A stretch of DNA of 64,000 nt from a virus (lineage: Duplodnaviria > Heunggongvirae > Uroviricota > Caudoviricetes), in the IMG/VR virus record IMGVR_UViG_3300046507_000639, positions 1 through 64,000 of that record. The stretch is one strand, 5' to 3'. Positions 1-8,627 of the stretch are shown here, in pieces. The position numbers and the translations under genes are program-made. A model generated the notes under the pieces. The model ran no database searches and was not told the origin of the DNA. It saw nothing but the letters and a program-made list of their open reading frames with translations. Within the stretch, counting starts at the first letter, position 1. Every line of letters starts with the position of its first letter.

Positions 1-468
1 CCGCTCCTCGCGGCGTACTCAGTGGTCGCGGGCGTCACGAAGCTCCCGGGCTTCCTCCAGTACTTCTCGACTCTCGACGACGACCTCGACGGCGGCCAGC
101 ACCAGCACGCTGACCTCTACCCGGCAGGCGCCACCGGACTCAAGCTGTGGTGGCAGCGTACTCGCTGGATCTGCCGCAACCCGGCGGCCGGCTGGAACGC
201 AGTCGTCCTCGGCTTCGACACCGCGGGCCACACCGTCGTCTGGGAGTCTGCCCCGAACCCGACCTCGATCGACTTCGGCAAGGGCGGCAAGGTCTACGCC
301 AACGTGATGCAGTCCGCGAACGGGACGAGGTACTTCACCTACCGTAGGAACTGGTCCCTTGGGTCGACGAAGTACCTCAAGCAGTGGTTCGGCTGGAACT
401 ACATGGCCTATGACGGGAAGCACCTCCCCGTTAACTTCATGCCTATTAGCATCAAAGCCGTTCAGTAA
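1..468 (+). CDS. hypothetical protein (5'-partial; continues upstream of the window)
   Basis: Frame is open from base 1 and stops at 466-468. High GC3 coding signature. Only clear + strand gene at the left edge. The minus ORF 19..423 is read as a mirror artifact. Confidence 0.5.
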   Translation, partial: PLLAAYSVVAGVTKLPGFLQYFSTLDDDLDGGQHQHADLYPAGATGLKLWWQRTRWICRNPAAGWNAVVLGFDTAGHTVVWESAPNPTSIDFGKGGKVYANVMQSANGTRYFTYRRNWSLGSTKYLKQWFGWNYMAYDGKHLPVNFMPISIKAVQ

Positions 469-666
469 CTAGATCGTGAACACGTCAGGGATTTCGCGAC
501 CGTCTCGTAGACGGAGCCATCCCTCACCGTTACGCCAGAACTCCTTGATTACTTGAACCTCGGTGCCGGCAGGTATGCCCTCTTTCGAGGGGTTGTTCCA
601 GATGACGACCGAGGGGACGTCGCGGGTGATCACTTCGGTCTTCGGTGTAACGATGCGCTTAGTCAC
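469..666 (-). CDS. small hypothetical protein (65 aa; GTG start inside the longer ORF 469..708)
   Basis: sigma70-like promoter TTTACA-N16-TATGAT (697..724) and SD GAAGGAG sit upstream of an in-frame GTG. The first 14 codons of the ATG-extended ORF are AT-rich and overlap the promoter. Confidence 0.45.
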   Translation of the reverse strand: MTKRIVTPKTEVITRDVPSVVIWNNPSKEGIPAGTEVQVIKEFWRNGEGWLRLRDGREIPDVFTI

Positions 667-696
667 GTGGTTTACTCCTTCAGATTTGATAGTTCT

Positions 697-724
697 ATCA
701 TATACCATATCTGAAAGATGTAAA
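697..724 (-). promoter_or_regulatory. sigma70-type promoter (TTTACA-N16-TATGAT)
   Basis: Hexamers read on the minus strand. An SD and a GTG start follow. Confidence 0.45.
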
Positions 725-733
725 CCACTATTT

Positions 734-1318
734 TTATCTTTGTTGCAGGTGGTAGGCGTAGTGGCGCTCTGACGCCTCTGCCATGTTCTTCGGGAACGGC
801 AGCGCGTTCAGGACGTCGTTGATGCCGGCGAGCATCATGGACACCGCCCACTCAGGCCGCATCTGACCAGTCAGGGTCCCCAGGCCGGGAGTCACGACGT
901 CCATGAGTCCAAACGCTAGAGCGTGGTAAACCGCGGCGCGCATCGCGAGCCGCACCGAGATCGGGTCAGGGATCGTCATCGGCACCCGCATGGTCGGCGT
1001 CGAGATCATGATGGGGAACTTCTCGTCGTCCGTCGGTATCAGCAGGGCTTCTCCGACCAGGAGCTCGCCGAAGGTGCGAGTCTTGATCTGCTCCTGCAGC
1101 CTCTTCTCGACCTTCTTCCCGAACTTGTGGACGTACACCGCGTCGATGCCGCCGTCCATGAAGCCGAAGGAGTTCGCGGGAGACACGATCGCGTCTCCTG
1201 AGAGGTCGAATATGTCTCCGAGGTAGAAGTCGTAGTGGGTCGACGCCTTCCAGACGGCGATGAGGTCCTCGTTGTAGTCGGCGAGGGTTATCTTAAAGTC
1301 TTCGAATTTAGCCATCAC
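734..1318 (-). CDS. macro-domain protein (ADP-ribose binding / MacroD-like)
   Basis: Motif IVSPANSFGFMDGGIDAV matches the macro-domain signature (xNAANxxLxxGGGV). 194 aa. Confidence 0.6.
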   Translation of the reverse strand: MMAKFEDFKITLADYNEDLIAVWKASTHYDFYLGDIFDLSGDAIVSPANSFGFMDGGIDAVYVHKFGKKVEKRLQEQIKTRTFGELLVGEALLIPTDDEKFPIMISTPTMRVPMTIPDPISVRLAMRAAVYHALAFGLMDVVTPGLGTLTGQMRPEWAVSMMLAGINDVLNALPFPKNMAEASERHYAYHLQQR

Positions 1319-1794
1319 TCGTGACTGTGCTCCTCAGTGGTGAAACCCTCGCGGGTGTAGACGACAGAGACGTGGTCGTCGAAGATCATCTCCATGTAGG
1401 CGTCCTCGATGGAGCGGATGACCTTGCTCAGTTCATCGAACTCGTTGAACGCGCGCTCGACTTCGTCTTCCGTGACGTCGTCGTACGTCGAGACGATGTC
1501 CTCCACGCTCTGGTCCTCTTCACCCTCTTCGAAGCCGAGGTCGTCGATGGCCTCGTCCGAGAAGTAGAGGTGCGGCTCGCCCACGCGGAAGTAGGTCGAG
1601 TCACCGTCGTTCCAGTAAGGGGTGAACTGCACCCACGCGACCGCGTGCGCCTTGGGGTTGCTCGTGAAGAACTCTTCGAAGACGGACGCGATCATCTTCT
1701 GGGTCTCACCCCGGATTTCTTCCTGCAGCGCGTCTATCTTCGCCTGCAGCTCGTCGTACTTGGCCTTGAGGGCCGTCGTGTCTACCTTAGTCAT
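1315..1794 (-). CDS. hypothetical acidic protein
   Basis: 159 aa ORF with high GC3. ATGA overlap with the downstream gene. Confidence 0.6.
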   Translation of the reverse strand: MTKVDTTALKAKYDELQAKIDALQEEIRGETQKMIASVFEEFFTSNPKAHAVAWVQFTPYWNDGDSTYFRVGEPHLYFSDEAIDDLGFEEGEEDQSVEDIVSTYDDVTEDEVERAFNEFDELSKVIRSIEDAYMEMIFDDHVSVVYTREGFTTEEHSHE

Positions 1795-2146
1795 ACGCGA
1801 GTTCCTTGCTCTCGACTCGTTTCTTCATTCCGCGGCCGCGCATCCAGTCCTCAGGAGGGATGCCCGACAGCCATTTCTCAATCGTTGGGATGAACCCGCA
1901 GTCCTCGACGACGTGGTCCTCCGCGACGTTCCTCACGTGCACCGTCTTGCCGTCGCTGTTGACGATCACGTGACCGAACAGCTGCTCGCACAGGTAGATG
2001 CCGAAGGTGTTGTGGAGGATCGCCCGGTGCCGGGTGTCGGCGTAGGCGCTCTTCGTCGAGTCGAACCAGTCGTGGATAGCGATGTAGTCTTCTTCCCGCC
2101 CTCCGTATCGCTTCACGGAGTTACGCGCGTGTGACCAGGGCTTCAC
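1787..2146 (-). CDS. hypothetical protein
   Basis: 119 aa ORF. GTG start overlaps the stop of an upstream micro-ORF (GTGA). Confidence 0.55.
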   Translation of the reverse strand: MKPWSHARNSVKRYGGREEDYIAIHDWFDSTKSAYADTRHRAILHNTFGIYLCEQLFGHVIVNSDGKTVHVRNVAEDHVVEDCGFIPTIEKWLSGIPPEDWMRGRGMKKRVESKELAYD

Positions 2147-2271
2147 AGTAAGATGATCAGCGCCACGAGCACGATGAAGGCCGCGGCGACGAGGAGCGGC
2201 CCGCGATCCCAGTTGAATGCCTTGCCGTTGGAATTGACGGTGTTCATTTTCTCAAGTTTAGTCACGTTCAT
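2143..2271 (-). CDS. micro-ORF, single-TM peptide (34-42 aa)
   Basis: MNVTKLEKMNTVNSNGKAFNWDRGPLLVAAAFIVLVALIILL. Hydrophobic C-terminus. Stop overlaps the next gene's GTG. Below the ORF-track length cutoff. Confidence 0.35.
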   Translation of the reverse strand: MNVTKLEKMNTVNSNGKAFNWDRGPLLVAAAFIVLVALIILL

Positions 2272-2614
2272 CTCCAAATGGTGCGTCATACGCGACGGTT
2301 CCCAGGAACTCGTCGATCGACTGCTTCGGTCGCTCGTCGAGCTTCTCGATGTGTTCCACGAAGGGGCCCGAGAGCCCCTTCTCTACTTCTGATATGCGCT
2401 CGTCGATACTCAGGGAGTACCATTTCTCGCCCGGAAAGACGTTGATGCGCGTGAAGTCGTTCTTGCCGATCTTGTACTTACCGACGATGCCTCCGCGGTA
2501 CTGGACCGTGAGGGTGTCGATCGTACGCTCGACGACGTATCCGAGCTCAGTCGGACGGACCGACGTGGTGACGTGGCAGAATTCTCCCGTGAACGGGACG
2601 ATCTTAGAAGACAT
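2258..2614 (-). CDS. hypothetical protein (start at internal Met MSSKIVPF)
   Basis: The Arg-rich N-terminal extension of ORF 2258..2698 overlaps the upstream gene in another frame. Confidence 0.5.
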   Translation of the reverse strand: MSSKIVPFTGEFCHVTTSVRPTELGYVVERTIDTLTVQYRGGIVGKYKIGKNDFTRINVFPGEKWYSLSIDERISEVEKGLSGPFVEHIEKLDERPKQSIDEFLGTVAYDAPFGDERD

Positions 2615-2855
2615 CGACGATCTTCGCCTTGACCGTGCAGCTGTAAGCCACGTTGCCGGCCGAGTCAGAGTCGGACGTCGCGACCGGCGAGGAAGCACAG
2701 TAGACCTTGTCCTCGTGAGCGGCGATGTGGTACTTGCCGAGGTGGTCAGCGCCGGCGACCGTCGCGACGCCGTAGATGAACGCGGCCGCGACCAGGAAGC
2801 CCTTCACGGGGATGTTGAAGAAACCCCAGTAGATGACTTTGAACGTCTTGTTCAT
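2604..2855 (-). CDS. hypothetical membrane/secreted protein
   Basis: N-terminal hydrophobic segment FLVAAAFIYGVATVAGA. Confidence 0.55.
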   Translation of the reverse strand: MNKTFKVIYWGFFNIPVKGFLVAAAFIYGVATVAGADHLGKYHIAAHEDKVYCASSPVATSDSDSAGNVAYSCTVKAKIVDVF

Positions 2856-3334
2856 TGCGCTTTCTCCTCGTATTCTACCTTCGAGCAGAACTTGCCCTTG
2901 TAGGACTCGTAGACGTGGGCGAGGAACTCGTCACCCTTGGCTTCGTCGGCTTTCTTCCAGAACCAGTCACGGACCTTACCGAGACCGAGGCCCGCGAAGC
3001 CCAGCAGCGCGATCGCTACCGCGAAGGCCGCGATGAAGCCGAAGACGATGCCGAAGCCGACTGCTCCCGACAGTCCCGCGAAGTACATCACGATGAACGG
3101 GAGTGACCAGGCGACCAGGTTGATGCCGAGGCGGAGGGCCGGCCACACCAGGACCGCGCGCCAGTAGGCACAGAAGTCGGTGGGCGGGAAGCGACGGTCA
3201 CGGTAGGTCTTCTCGGCGTCGTTGAAGTTCTTCAGGTCTGGCCAGTACCGTGAACCGCGACTCGTTGAGTCCAGGATCAGGCTGTAGTACACGAGCCAGC
3301 GGTAGTGCCAAGAGTCTCTCTTGACTTTAAACAT
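2852..3334 (-). CDS. hypothetical membrane protein
   Basis: 160 aa with two or more TM segments (LPFIVMYFAGLSGAVGFGIVFGFIAAFAVAIALLGFAGLGL). Confidence 0.6.
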   Translation of the reverse strand: MFKVKRDSWHYRWLVYYSLILDSTSRGSRYWPDLKNFNDAEKTYRDRRFPPTDFCAYWRAVLVWPALRLGINLVAWSLPFIVMYFAGLSGAVGFGIVFGFIAAFAVAIALLGFAGLGLGKVRDWFWKKADEAKGDEFLAHVYESYKGKFCSKVEYEEKAQ

Positions 3335-4055
3335 TCGTCACCTTTCCGTAGATTAGCTCCCGGCGATCGCCGAAGGACATTGACTTGAAGTCGACGTTGA
3401 GTTTCTCGACTCTATGGCGTACTATACCATCTTCTCGAAGAATGTCAACCCTTTTAATGAAGTTTCCCGGACGAATCTCGGGAGAACCGATCATCTCGTA
3501 CTTTTCTCGAGTCGAGACGCCGTGCAGCGCCTTGGCACCGAACTCGTGGTGCGCGTGGTCCTGGATCAGGTTGCGCTCGGCGTCCTTGTAGCGCCACACG
3601 AGCATGTTCGTCGCCTCGTCCTCGTCGGGCATCTCGCAGACGCGGGCGTCGAACGACACCTCGGGGATGAAGCCGAACCGCTCGTAGAAGTTCGAGACGA
3701 ACCTGGCCGTGAAGTAGGACGACACGACCGAGCAGAGCTTCATCACCTTGCCGTCGAACGGGAGCTGGGACACGTCGTTCTTCATTGGGTGAAAGAACAG
3801 GGAGACCTCGTCGCTCTGATGGAAGCCGAGGGCGAAGTGAAACTCCTCGACCGTATCTATCGTGGAGTTGACGAAAACCTGCTCGAAGCCCGAGTCGCGC
3901 GGCTTCACCAGCTGGGCGCGGCCGACGAGTCCCCTCGTAAACTTCGAGAACGAGCGCCCGTCGAGCCTCATGTAGACGGGTCTGGACCCGTCCACCTTCG
4001 ACACGAACGCGTCCTCGTAACCCTTCATCCGGTCACCGAACTCGTCTCTCTTCAT
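3327..4055 (-). CDS. Thg1-like protein (tRNA-His guanylyltransferase family / TLP)
   Basis: MKGYE..VYMRLDGRSFSKFTRGL resembles the Thg1 N-terminal palm motif (I/VVRIDGRxFxKF). Start is taken at internal Met (MKRDEF), giving an ATGA overlap with the upstream stop. Confidence 0.65.
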   Translation of the reverse strand: MKRDEFGDRMKGYEDAFVSKVDGSRPVYMRLDGRSFSKFTRGLVGRAQLVKPRDSGFEQVFVNSTIDTVEEFHFALGFHQSDEVSLFFHPMKNDVSQLPFDGKVMKLCSVVSSYFTARFVSNFYERFGFIPEVSFDARVCEMPDEDEATNMLVWRYKDAERNLIQDHAHHEFGAKALHGVSTREKYEMIGSPEIRPGNFIKRVDILREDGIVRHRVEKLNVDFKSMSFGDRRELIYGKVTNV

Positions 4056-4987
4056 TTCTTGTCTACCTCGATGAACGGTACGGCCGAGCCAGGCACCATC
4101 GTGGTCGGCAGGTTGCCGCTCCACTTCTCGGCCTTCGTGAGCTCGATGATGTTCGGGTTGTCCCGGAGGGCGTCACCCTTGGCACGGAGCGCCGAGGCTT
4201 CTGCCTCACCGATCGCCTTGATCGCGGTGGCCTGCGCGTCGCCTGCTACCTGGACCGCCTTGGCCTTCGCGGTGGCCTCTGCCAGCTGCGCGTCGGCGGC
4301 CGCCTGAGCGTTGATCACAGTGATCTTGGCCTGGACTTCCTGCTGCTGCCTCTGCTGCTCCAGCTTCTGGACCTCGACCTGAGCGGTCATGCGGGCCTCG
4401 ACTGACTTCTCGTAGGCGTCGCTGAAGTCGATGTTCTCGACCTGCACGCTGTCGATCTGCACGGGGCCGTCCATGCCGGCCTCGACTTCCTTCTGGACGT
4501 CGGCGTTGAACTGCGCGCGGTTCTGGATGACCGACACCGCGGTGTACTTGCCGAAGACAGTCTTGACGTCCTGCGGAGCGTGGCGGGCGATCAGTCGGCC
4601 CTCGAGGTTGTCGAGGTTCCCGTACTCAGAGTAGAGCTTGAGCGCGTCAGATGCCGGCACGTGCCAAGACACAGTCACGCGCATCGCGGCGGGCTGCTGG
4701 TCCTGTGAGTAGGCCTGCATCTCGGCGCGCTCTTCAGCACTGCACTGGGTGCCGGCGACGCAGGTCCAGTAGGTCACCTGCTGGGTGACCGGGACCTTCA
4801 CGACGCTCTCGAAGAAAGGTATCTTGAAGTGAAGCCCGGGCTCTGCAGTGGAGACGGCCAGACCATTGTGCAGGATGACGCCTCGCTCGCCCTGGTCGAT
4901 CGTGTAGAACGACCCGAACGAGAGCAACGCTATAGCAGCTGCGCCGGCGCAAAGCGCCACGAACCTCGGGTTGATTGTCTTGCTCAC
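4052..4987 (-). CDS. SPFH/band-7 (prohibitin/HflC-like) membrane protein
   Basis: N-terminal TM, then the SPFH core (GERGVILHNG..HFKIPFFE), then a long coiled-coil tail (Q/A/E-rich). Confidence 0.8.
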   Translation of the reverse strand: MSKTINPRFVALCAGAAAIALLSFGSFYTIDQGERGVILHNGLAVSTAEPGLHFKIPFFESVVKVPVTQQVTYWTCVAGTQCSAEERAEMQAYSQDQQPAAMRVTVSWHVPASDALKLYSEYGNLDNLEGRLIARHAPQDVKTVFGKYTAVSVIQNRAQFNADVQKEVEAGMDGPVQIDSVQVENIDFSDAYEKSVEARMTAQVEVQKLEQQRQQQEVQAKITVINAQAAADAQLAEATAKAKAVQVAGDAQATAIKAIGEAEASALRAKGDALRDNPNIIELTKAEKWSGNLPTTMVPGSAVPFIEVDKK

Positions 4988-5631
4988 TTAATGTCCTCTC
5001 TGTGAATGAAGAAGGTGTCCATCTTCGACGGCGCCAGCTCTCGGTAGCCCATCGGGTTCAGTAAGTCTCGTATCGAGCCGGAAGCCCTCTCCACGCCGAT
5101 GATCGGGTGGAACTCCTTGATGGTCTCGATAGCGCCAAGGAGCGCAAGGTACTCGTAGCCCTCGAGGTCGAGCCAGATGAGGTCGACCGGGACCCGCAGC
5201 TTGAACGCCTCGGAGTCGATGGTGGTCATCGGGACGTCGCCGTTCGGTGTGTCCACCACCTGGTGCATGCCGACGTTGTTCATCGTGAGCCGGTTCACTC
5301 CCACGAACTTGTGGGTGTCTCCCAGTGCAGAATTGGAGTACCACACGTTCGGCAGGCCCTCGCAGTTCATCTCGAGGAAGCTGAAGTTGATGGCGTCGGG
5401 CTCGAACGTGAGCACCTGGTCGTACATGCTCGACAAGAGAGCGGGGTACATGCCGCAGCACCCACCGGCCTGGATGACGCCCCGCTTCTTCTCGAAGGTC
5501 GAGATGAGGGGGCCGTGGCTCACTATCCAGTCGTCTACAGGTCCGTCCCAGGCTCCGTCGTCGGACTTAGGCCAGTACCATTTGACGAAGGGTGCGAGCC
5601 CCTCGTGGGTGCGTACGATCACGTCACTCAT
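4984..5631 (-). CDS. FkbM-family SAM-dependent methyltransferase
   Basis: VIQAGGCCGMY..FEPDAINFSFLEMN..DLIWLDLEGYEYLALLG matches FkbM-type MTase motifs. Confidence 0.55.
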   Translation of the reverse strand: MSDVIVRTHEGLAPFVKWYWPKSDDGAWDGPVDDWIVSHGPLISTFEKKRGVIQAGGCCGMYPALLSSMYDQVLTFEPDAINFSFLEMNCEGLPNVWYSNSALGDTHKFVGVNRLTMNNVGMHQVVDTPNGDVPMTTIDSEAFKLRVPVDLIWLDLEGYEYLALLGAIETIKEFHPIIGVERASGSIRDLLNPMGYRELAPSKMDTFFIHREDIK

Positions 5632-5863
5632 ATTTTATGTACTCCGTTTCTTTCTCAAAGTGTGCCCTGTTGGCTTCTCGCTCGCGGGCGATGCTCTTGA
5701 CGTAGGCACGAGCGTATTCGTCGTTGGTGTGGCTGTAGACCTTGAACCAGAAGTCGCGGCCCATGATCGTCTTCTTCTCTTCGGCGACGTAGCCCCTCAC
5801 TCGGTCTCGGACGACGGAGAAGGGGTTCTGGATGACGGCCGGTCTGATGCGGAACTCAGGCAA
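5624..5863 (-). CDS. hypothetical protein
   Basis: 79 aa ORF in the operon context. Confidence 0.5.
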   Translation of the reverse strand: MPEFRIRPAVIQNPFSVVRDRVRGYVAEEKKTIMGRDFWFKVYSHTNDEYARAYVKSIAREREANRAHFEKETEYIKYE

Positions 5864-6170
5864 AGTGCACCTCGTTGGAGAGCTTGTAGTAGAGCACTGC
5901 GATCTGCTCGTAGAACGTCTTGGTGAGCTCGGCGACGCGCTTCATCTCGGCGTCGGTCGCGACGATGCGCACGGGGATCATCCTCTCCTCGTAGAGCTTC
6001 CCGTCCTCAGCGGTGTTCACCCACTGTCCCTTGACCGGCTTGTAGACCGTGAGGCCGCCCGTGATGAGGCGGATGCGGCGGTCCCACTCGCGGTGGTGCC
6101 TGGTGCGGATCGGCTTACCGTTGTTCTTCACGGTCGGCACGTAAATCTCAAAGAGCGACTTAGACATCAC
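5856..6170 (-). CDS. hypothetical protein
   Basis: 104 aa ORF. Confidence 0.55.
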   Translation of the reverse strand: MMSKSLFEIYVPTVKNNGKPIRTRHHREWDRRIRLITGGLTVYKPVKGQWVNTAEDGKLYEERMIPVRIVATDAEMKRVAELTKTFYEQIAVLYYKLSNEVHFA

Positions 6171-6361
6171 GCGTTCTTCTCCTCCGGAAACTTCACGAGC
6201 CTCACTTCGGCCGGTTCAAACTGTCTGGAGCACCCAGGGTAGAACTCGACGAGGATGTACAGGTCCCTGACGTCGTAGTTGATGTGCTCGACGTAGCCGT
6301 AGTAGTCCACCTGCTTGATGGTGACTGCTACCAGGTCGTGCACTTCAGGCCAGTTATTCAT
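6167..6361 (-). CDS. hypothetical protein (start at MNNWPEV; ATGA coupling)
   Basis: The internal Met overlaps the stop of 6361..6570. Confidence 0.45.
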   Translation of the reverse strand: MNNWPEVHDLVAVTIKQVDYYGYVEHINYDVRDLYILVEFYPGCSRQFEPAEVRLVKFPEEKNA

Positions 6362-6570
6362 CAGAGCGACTCCAGGAACGATCGTTCCGCCTTGTTGTAC
6401 TCGATGACGGCCTTCCGCCACTTCTCGATGTACCCACGGAGGTTATCGCGCAGCTCAATTCGGCTGGCGCAGCATGCTGGGTCGCAGAGGTACTCTCGCG
6501 TCGCCTCGATGTCGTCCTGCAGCCTGTTGACCTTCTTCTTCAGCCTCGACAGCTCTTCTAGCGTGATCAC
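6361..6570 (-). CDS. hypothetical protein (GTG start)
   Basis: A promoter and SD GGGAGG sit 7 nt upstream of GTG. Coiled-coil-like. Confidence 0.55.
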   Translation of the reverse strand: MITLEELSRLKKKVNRLQDDIEATREYLCDPACCASRIELRDNLRGYIEKWRKAVIEYNKAERSFLESL

Positions 6571-6594
6571 GTGAGTCCCTCCCGTTTGGTATTT

Positions 6595-6621
6595 CTTATA
6601 TCATCTCGAGAAATTTGTCAA
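6595..6621 (-). promoter_or_regulatory. sigma70-type promoter (TTGACA-N15-TGaTATAAG)
   Basis: tgtcaa on the + strand at 6616-6621. Extended -10. Confidence 0.5.
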
Positions 6622-6879
6622 CGAGTTTTTCACTCTCTTCACCCTCGTGAAGGGGAACTCCTCGTCGATCAGGTTCTTCAGGGAGAAGAACTTGCGGCAG
6701 CCCTCGTACGTCCCGTCAACCTCTCGGAGGACCCAGCGGTCGAGGTGGGTGGGCTTGAAGCCGTTGGCGTACTTGACCGAGCCGTCGTTCCGTACCTTAA
6801 TCTTCGCGACCTTGTGGGTCACCCGATCGTTCAGGGTCACGTCGTACCTTCCTGGGCCAGTGCAGTGCAGCTCTATCAT
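6601..6879 (-). CDS. hypothetical protein
   Basis: 92 aa ORF with good GC3. Confidence 0.55.
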   Translation of the reverse strand: MIELHCTGPGRYDVTLNDRVTHKVAKIKVRNDGSVKYANGFKPTHLDRWVLREVDGTYEGCRKFFSLKNLIDEEFPFTRVKRVKNSLTNFSR

Positions 6880-7193
6880 GACTTCTTCCCTCCGGCGTAT
6901 CGAGCGTCGTCAGCTCGAGTAAACAGCATGGGTCCTTGCTTGTGGGGCGTCTGAACCGGGAAATTCTTTGCGTCGGGATGTTGGGCCCCGGAACGGGTCT
7001 TAAATCCGTTCCCAACGACGTCGGAGGTAGAGTACCTTGACTCGACTTTGAGGTTCGGGAAATCGGGTCTCTTGGACTTGCCATGCTTCGCTTTCAGCCT
7101 CGAGTAACCACACTGTTCCAGGACCTCTTCACGAGAGCCCTTGATGAACTCCCTAGACTTGGCCCGAGCATTCAGCTTACGTTGAGATATCAT
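6876..7193 (-). CDS. hypothetical basic protein (105 aa, start MISQRK; probably leaderless)
   Basis: Promoter TTGACA-N17-TATAGA ends 6 nt before the ATG at 7191-7193. The upstream part of ORF 6876..7397 overlaps the tRNA region and is rejected. Confidence 0.45.
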   Translation of the reverse strand: MISQRKLNARAKSREFIKGSREEVLEQCGYSRLKAKHGKSKRPDFPNLKVESRYSTSDVVGNGFKTRSGAQHPDAKNFPVQTPHKQGPMLFTRADDARYAGGKKS

Positions 7194-7199
7194 ACTATT

Positions 7200-7228
7200 T
7201 CTATAAACTAGTCGGGAGCATTTGTCAA
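7200..7228 (-). promoter_or_regulatory. sigma70-type promoter giving a leaderless transcript
   Basis: TTGACA(7223-7228)-N17-TATAGA(7200-7205). ATG lies 6 nt downstream. Confidence 0.5.
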
Positions 7229-7230
7229 CA

Positions 7231-7258
7231 AAAAAGGAGCCCGTGAGGACTCCTTTTC
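7231..7258 (-). terminator. rho-independent terminator closing the tRNA cluster transcript
   Basis: GGAGTCCTCACGGGCTCC hairpin followed by T6 on the minus strand. Confidence 0.45.
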
Positions 7259-7362
7259 GCAAGGGAAGTGGAGGAGAGCAGTGGGGACGATCCACATCCT
7301 CTTGCGAGGACTGACGGTTTAGCAAACCGCACCTGTCACCCGACAGGTTTACTCTCCAAATT

Positions 7363-7437
7363 TGGCTGAGGGACCAGGGTTCGAACCTGGGCTTCACGGG
7401 TCAGAGCCGAGCGTACTGCCGGTTATACGATCCCTCA
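7363..7437 (-). tRNA. tRNA-Gln(CUG)-like, CCA encoded
   Basis: Acceptor TGAGGGA/TCCCTCA. T-arm CCAGG-TTCGAAC-CCTGG. Anticodon loop CTCTGAC. One mismatch in the anticodon stem. Confidence 0.5.
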
Positions 7438-7441
7438 AAAC

Positions 7442-7516
7442 TGGTACTCCTACTCAGAATCGAACTGAGTCATGCCGGTGTGTGATACCGGTGCCTTCCC
7501 ACCTGGCGCTAGGAGC
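7442..7516 (-). tRNA. tRNA-Val(CAC), CCA encoded
   Basis: Acceptor GCTCCTA/TAGGAGT. Anticodon arm CCGGT-ATCACAC-ACCGG. T-loop TTCGATT. Confidence 0.6.
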
Positions 7517-7517
7517 A

Positions 7518-7592
7518 TGGTACGTCTGCGTGGAATCGAACCACGTCTTGTCGCCGTGTCATGGCGATGCCTTCCCACCTGGCTCCAGACGC
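7518..7592 (-). tRNA. tRNA-Val(GAC), CCA encoded
   Basis: Acceptor GCGTCTG/CAGACGT. Anticodon arm TCGCC-ATGACAC-GGCGA. T-loop TTCGATT. Confidence 0.6.
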
Positions 7593-7603
7593 ACATTAAA
7601 ATT

Positions 7604-7676
7604 TGGTCGGGGTAAGAGGAATCGAACCTCTCCACCACGGCTCCGGACCGCAGTAAAGCACCAGCTAGTCTACCCC
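7604..7676 (-). ncRNA. tRNA-like gene with atypical anticodon arm (possible Pro-CGG, C33)
   Basis: Perfect acceptor CGGGGTA/TACCCCG and T-arm AGAGG-TTCGATT-CCTCT. Best anticodon helix has two G-U pairs and loop TCCGGAG. Confidence 0.35.
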
Positions 7677-7684
7677 GTCGTAGT

Positions 7685-7807
7685 CTATTTATTCCTGTTC
7701 TTCACCGACTTGACTACGTCGATGAGTACCATTACCGCCGCGATCGCAAGCGAGGGGACGCATATCGCGAGCAGCACGGCGACTGTGATCGACGATAGCG
7801 TGAACAC
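7685..7807 (-). CDS. micro-ORF, single-TM peptide (40 aa, GTG start)
   Basis: SD GGGGAGG sits 7 nt upstream of GTG. VFTLSSITVAVLLAICVPSLAIAAVMVLIDVVKSVKNRNK. Start overlaps the stop of 7810..8109. Confidence 0.45.
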   Translation of the reverse strand: MFTLSSITVAVLLAICVPSLAIAAVMVLIDVVKSVKNRNK

Positions 7808-7809
7808 GA

Positions 7810-8109
7810 TCAGTCCTCCCCGTCGAGCAGTGCGAGCAGCTTGTAGGCCAGCATCGCTTCGCCTTCAGTGATCCCGTAGTCAAAGCCGTCCGAGTAGACA
7901 TCGTCGGCGTTGCCGTACGAGACAGGAACACCGTCGCGGTCGAGACCGAAGTAGAAGGCGCCGACTTGGTCCTCAGCGAGGCCGTCCGGCAGTCCGCGCT
8001 CTTGGATGTACGTCGCGACTTGTGCTTCATACGTCGCGATCATTTTCTCGAGCTCAATCTTGAGTATCGAACTGATGTCACTGTTCATCGCAATGCTGTC
8101 GTCTTCCAT
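7810..8109 (-). CDS. hypothetical acidic protein
   Basis: 99 aa, D/E-rich. The overlapping Ser/Thr/Arg-rich ORF 7689..8030 is rejected. Confidence 0.6.
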   Translation of the reverse strand: MEDDSIAMNSDISSILKIELEKMIATYEAQVATYIQERGLPDGLAEDQVGAFYFGLDRDGVPVSYGNADDVYSDGFDYGITEGEAMLAYKLLALLDGED

Positions 8110-8127
8110 TCACTTCCTCCATAAAAT

Positions 8128-8203
8128 TGGTACTGGGCGCCTGGATCGAACAGGCTCCTCGCGGTTCACAGCCGCGCTTGCACACCAGCTACACTAGCCC
8201 AGC
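8128..8203 (-). tRNA. tRNA-His(GUG) lacking G-1 (U-1/A73), CCA encoded
   Basis: Acceptor GCTGGGC/GCCCAGT. Anticodon arm CGCGG-CTGTGAA-CCGCG. T-arm GCCTG-TTCGATC-CAGGC. Discriminator is A; the nucleotide 5' of G1 is U. Confidence 0.6.
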
Positions 8204-8400
8204 ATATTCTCATCGGCACCCGCGTGGCTGACCAGTCGGTCGAGCATCTCCAGGGGCCAGGTTCGACGCAGCAGTCCAGTAGACCTCTCCGTCAGCAGTT
8301 CAATAGTCTCGGTCTCTTCGTCTACGATGACGACGGCACTGAGGTGCTTGATCATCTCGTACGGGTAGAACTTTACGGCGTCCCACCGGGCCTTGTCCAT
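8194..8400 (-). CDS. hypothetical protein (start at MDKARW)
   Basis: ATGA coupling to 8403..8627. The 3' end overlaps the tRNA-His 5' end by about 10 nt. Confidence 0.4.
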   Translation of the reverse strand: MDKARWDAVKFYPYEMIKHLSAVVIVDEETETIELLTERSTGLLRRTWPLEMLDRLVSHAGADENMLG

Positions 8401-8402
8401 GA

Positions 8403-8627
8403 TCAGCACGTTCCGCACTTTATCACCCTCAGTATCTCTCGAGACGAGACCAGCTCGCACTTCGCGGTGATCTCGTCGATGCGTCTCTTGGGCACGTCGT
8501 AGTGAGGGAACTTTCCACCGTGGAACCAGGACCGGGAAATCCCGAGGTCCCTCGCCATCTCGTGGAGGTTCTCTACCGAGAACGGCTCGCAGACCAGGTG
8601 TCTCTTGCCGTCCGTCAGGTACCTCAT
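8403..8627 (-). CDS. hypothetical protein
   Basis: 74 aa ORF. Confidence 0.5.
   Translation of the reverse strand: MRYLTDGKRHLVCEPFSVENLHEMARDLGISRSWFHGGKFPHYDVPKRRIDEITAKCELVSSREILRVIKCGTC

Noticed and set aside
7194-7397. Upstream part of ORF 6876..7397
   Set aside because: It runs through the tRNA-Gln gene and a terminator hairpin. A strong promoter and an ATG define the real start at 7193.
7689-8030. 113-aa minus ORF MKHKSRRTSKSADCRTASLRT
   Set aside because: It is a Ser/Thr/Arg-rich alternative frame of the acidic protein gene 7810..8109 and has no SD.
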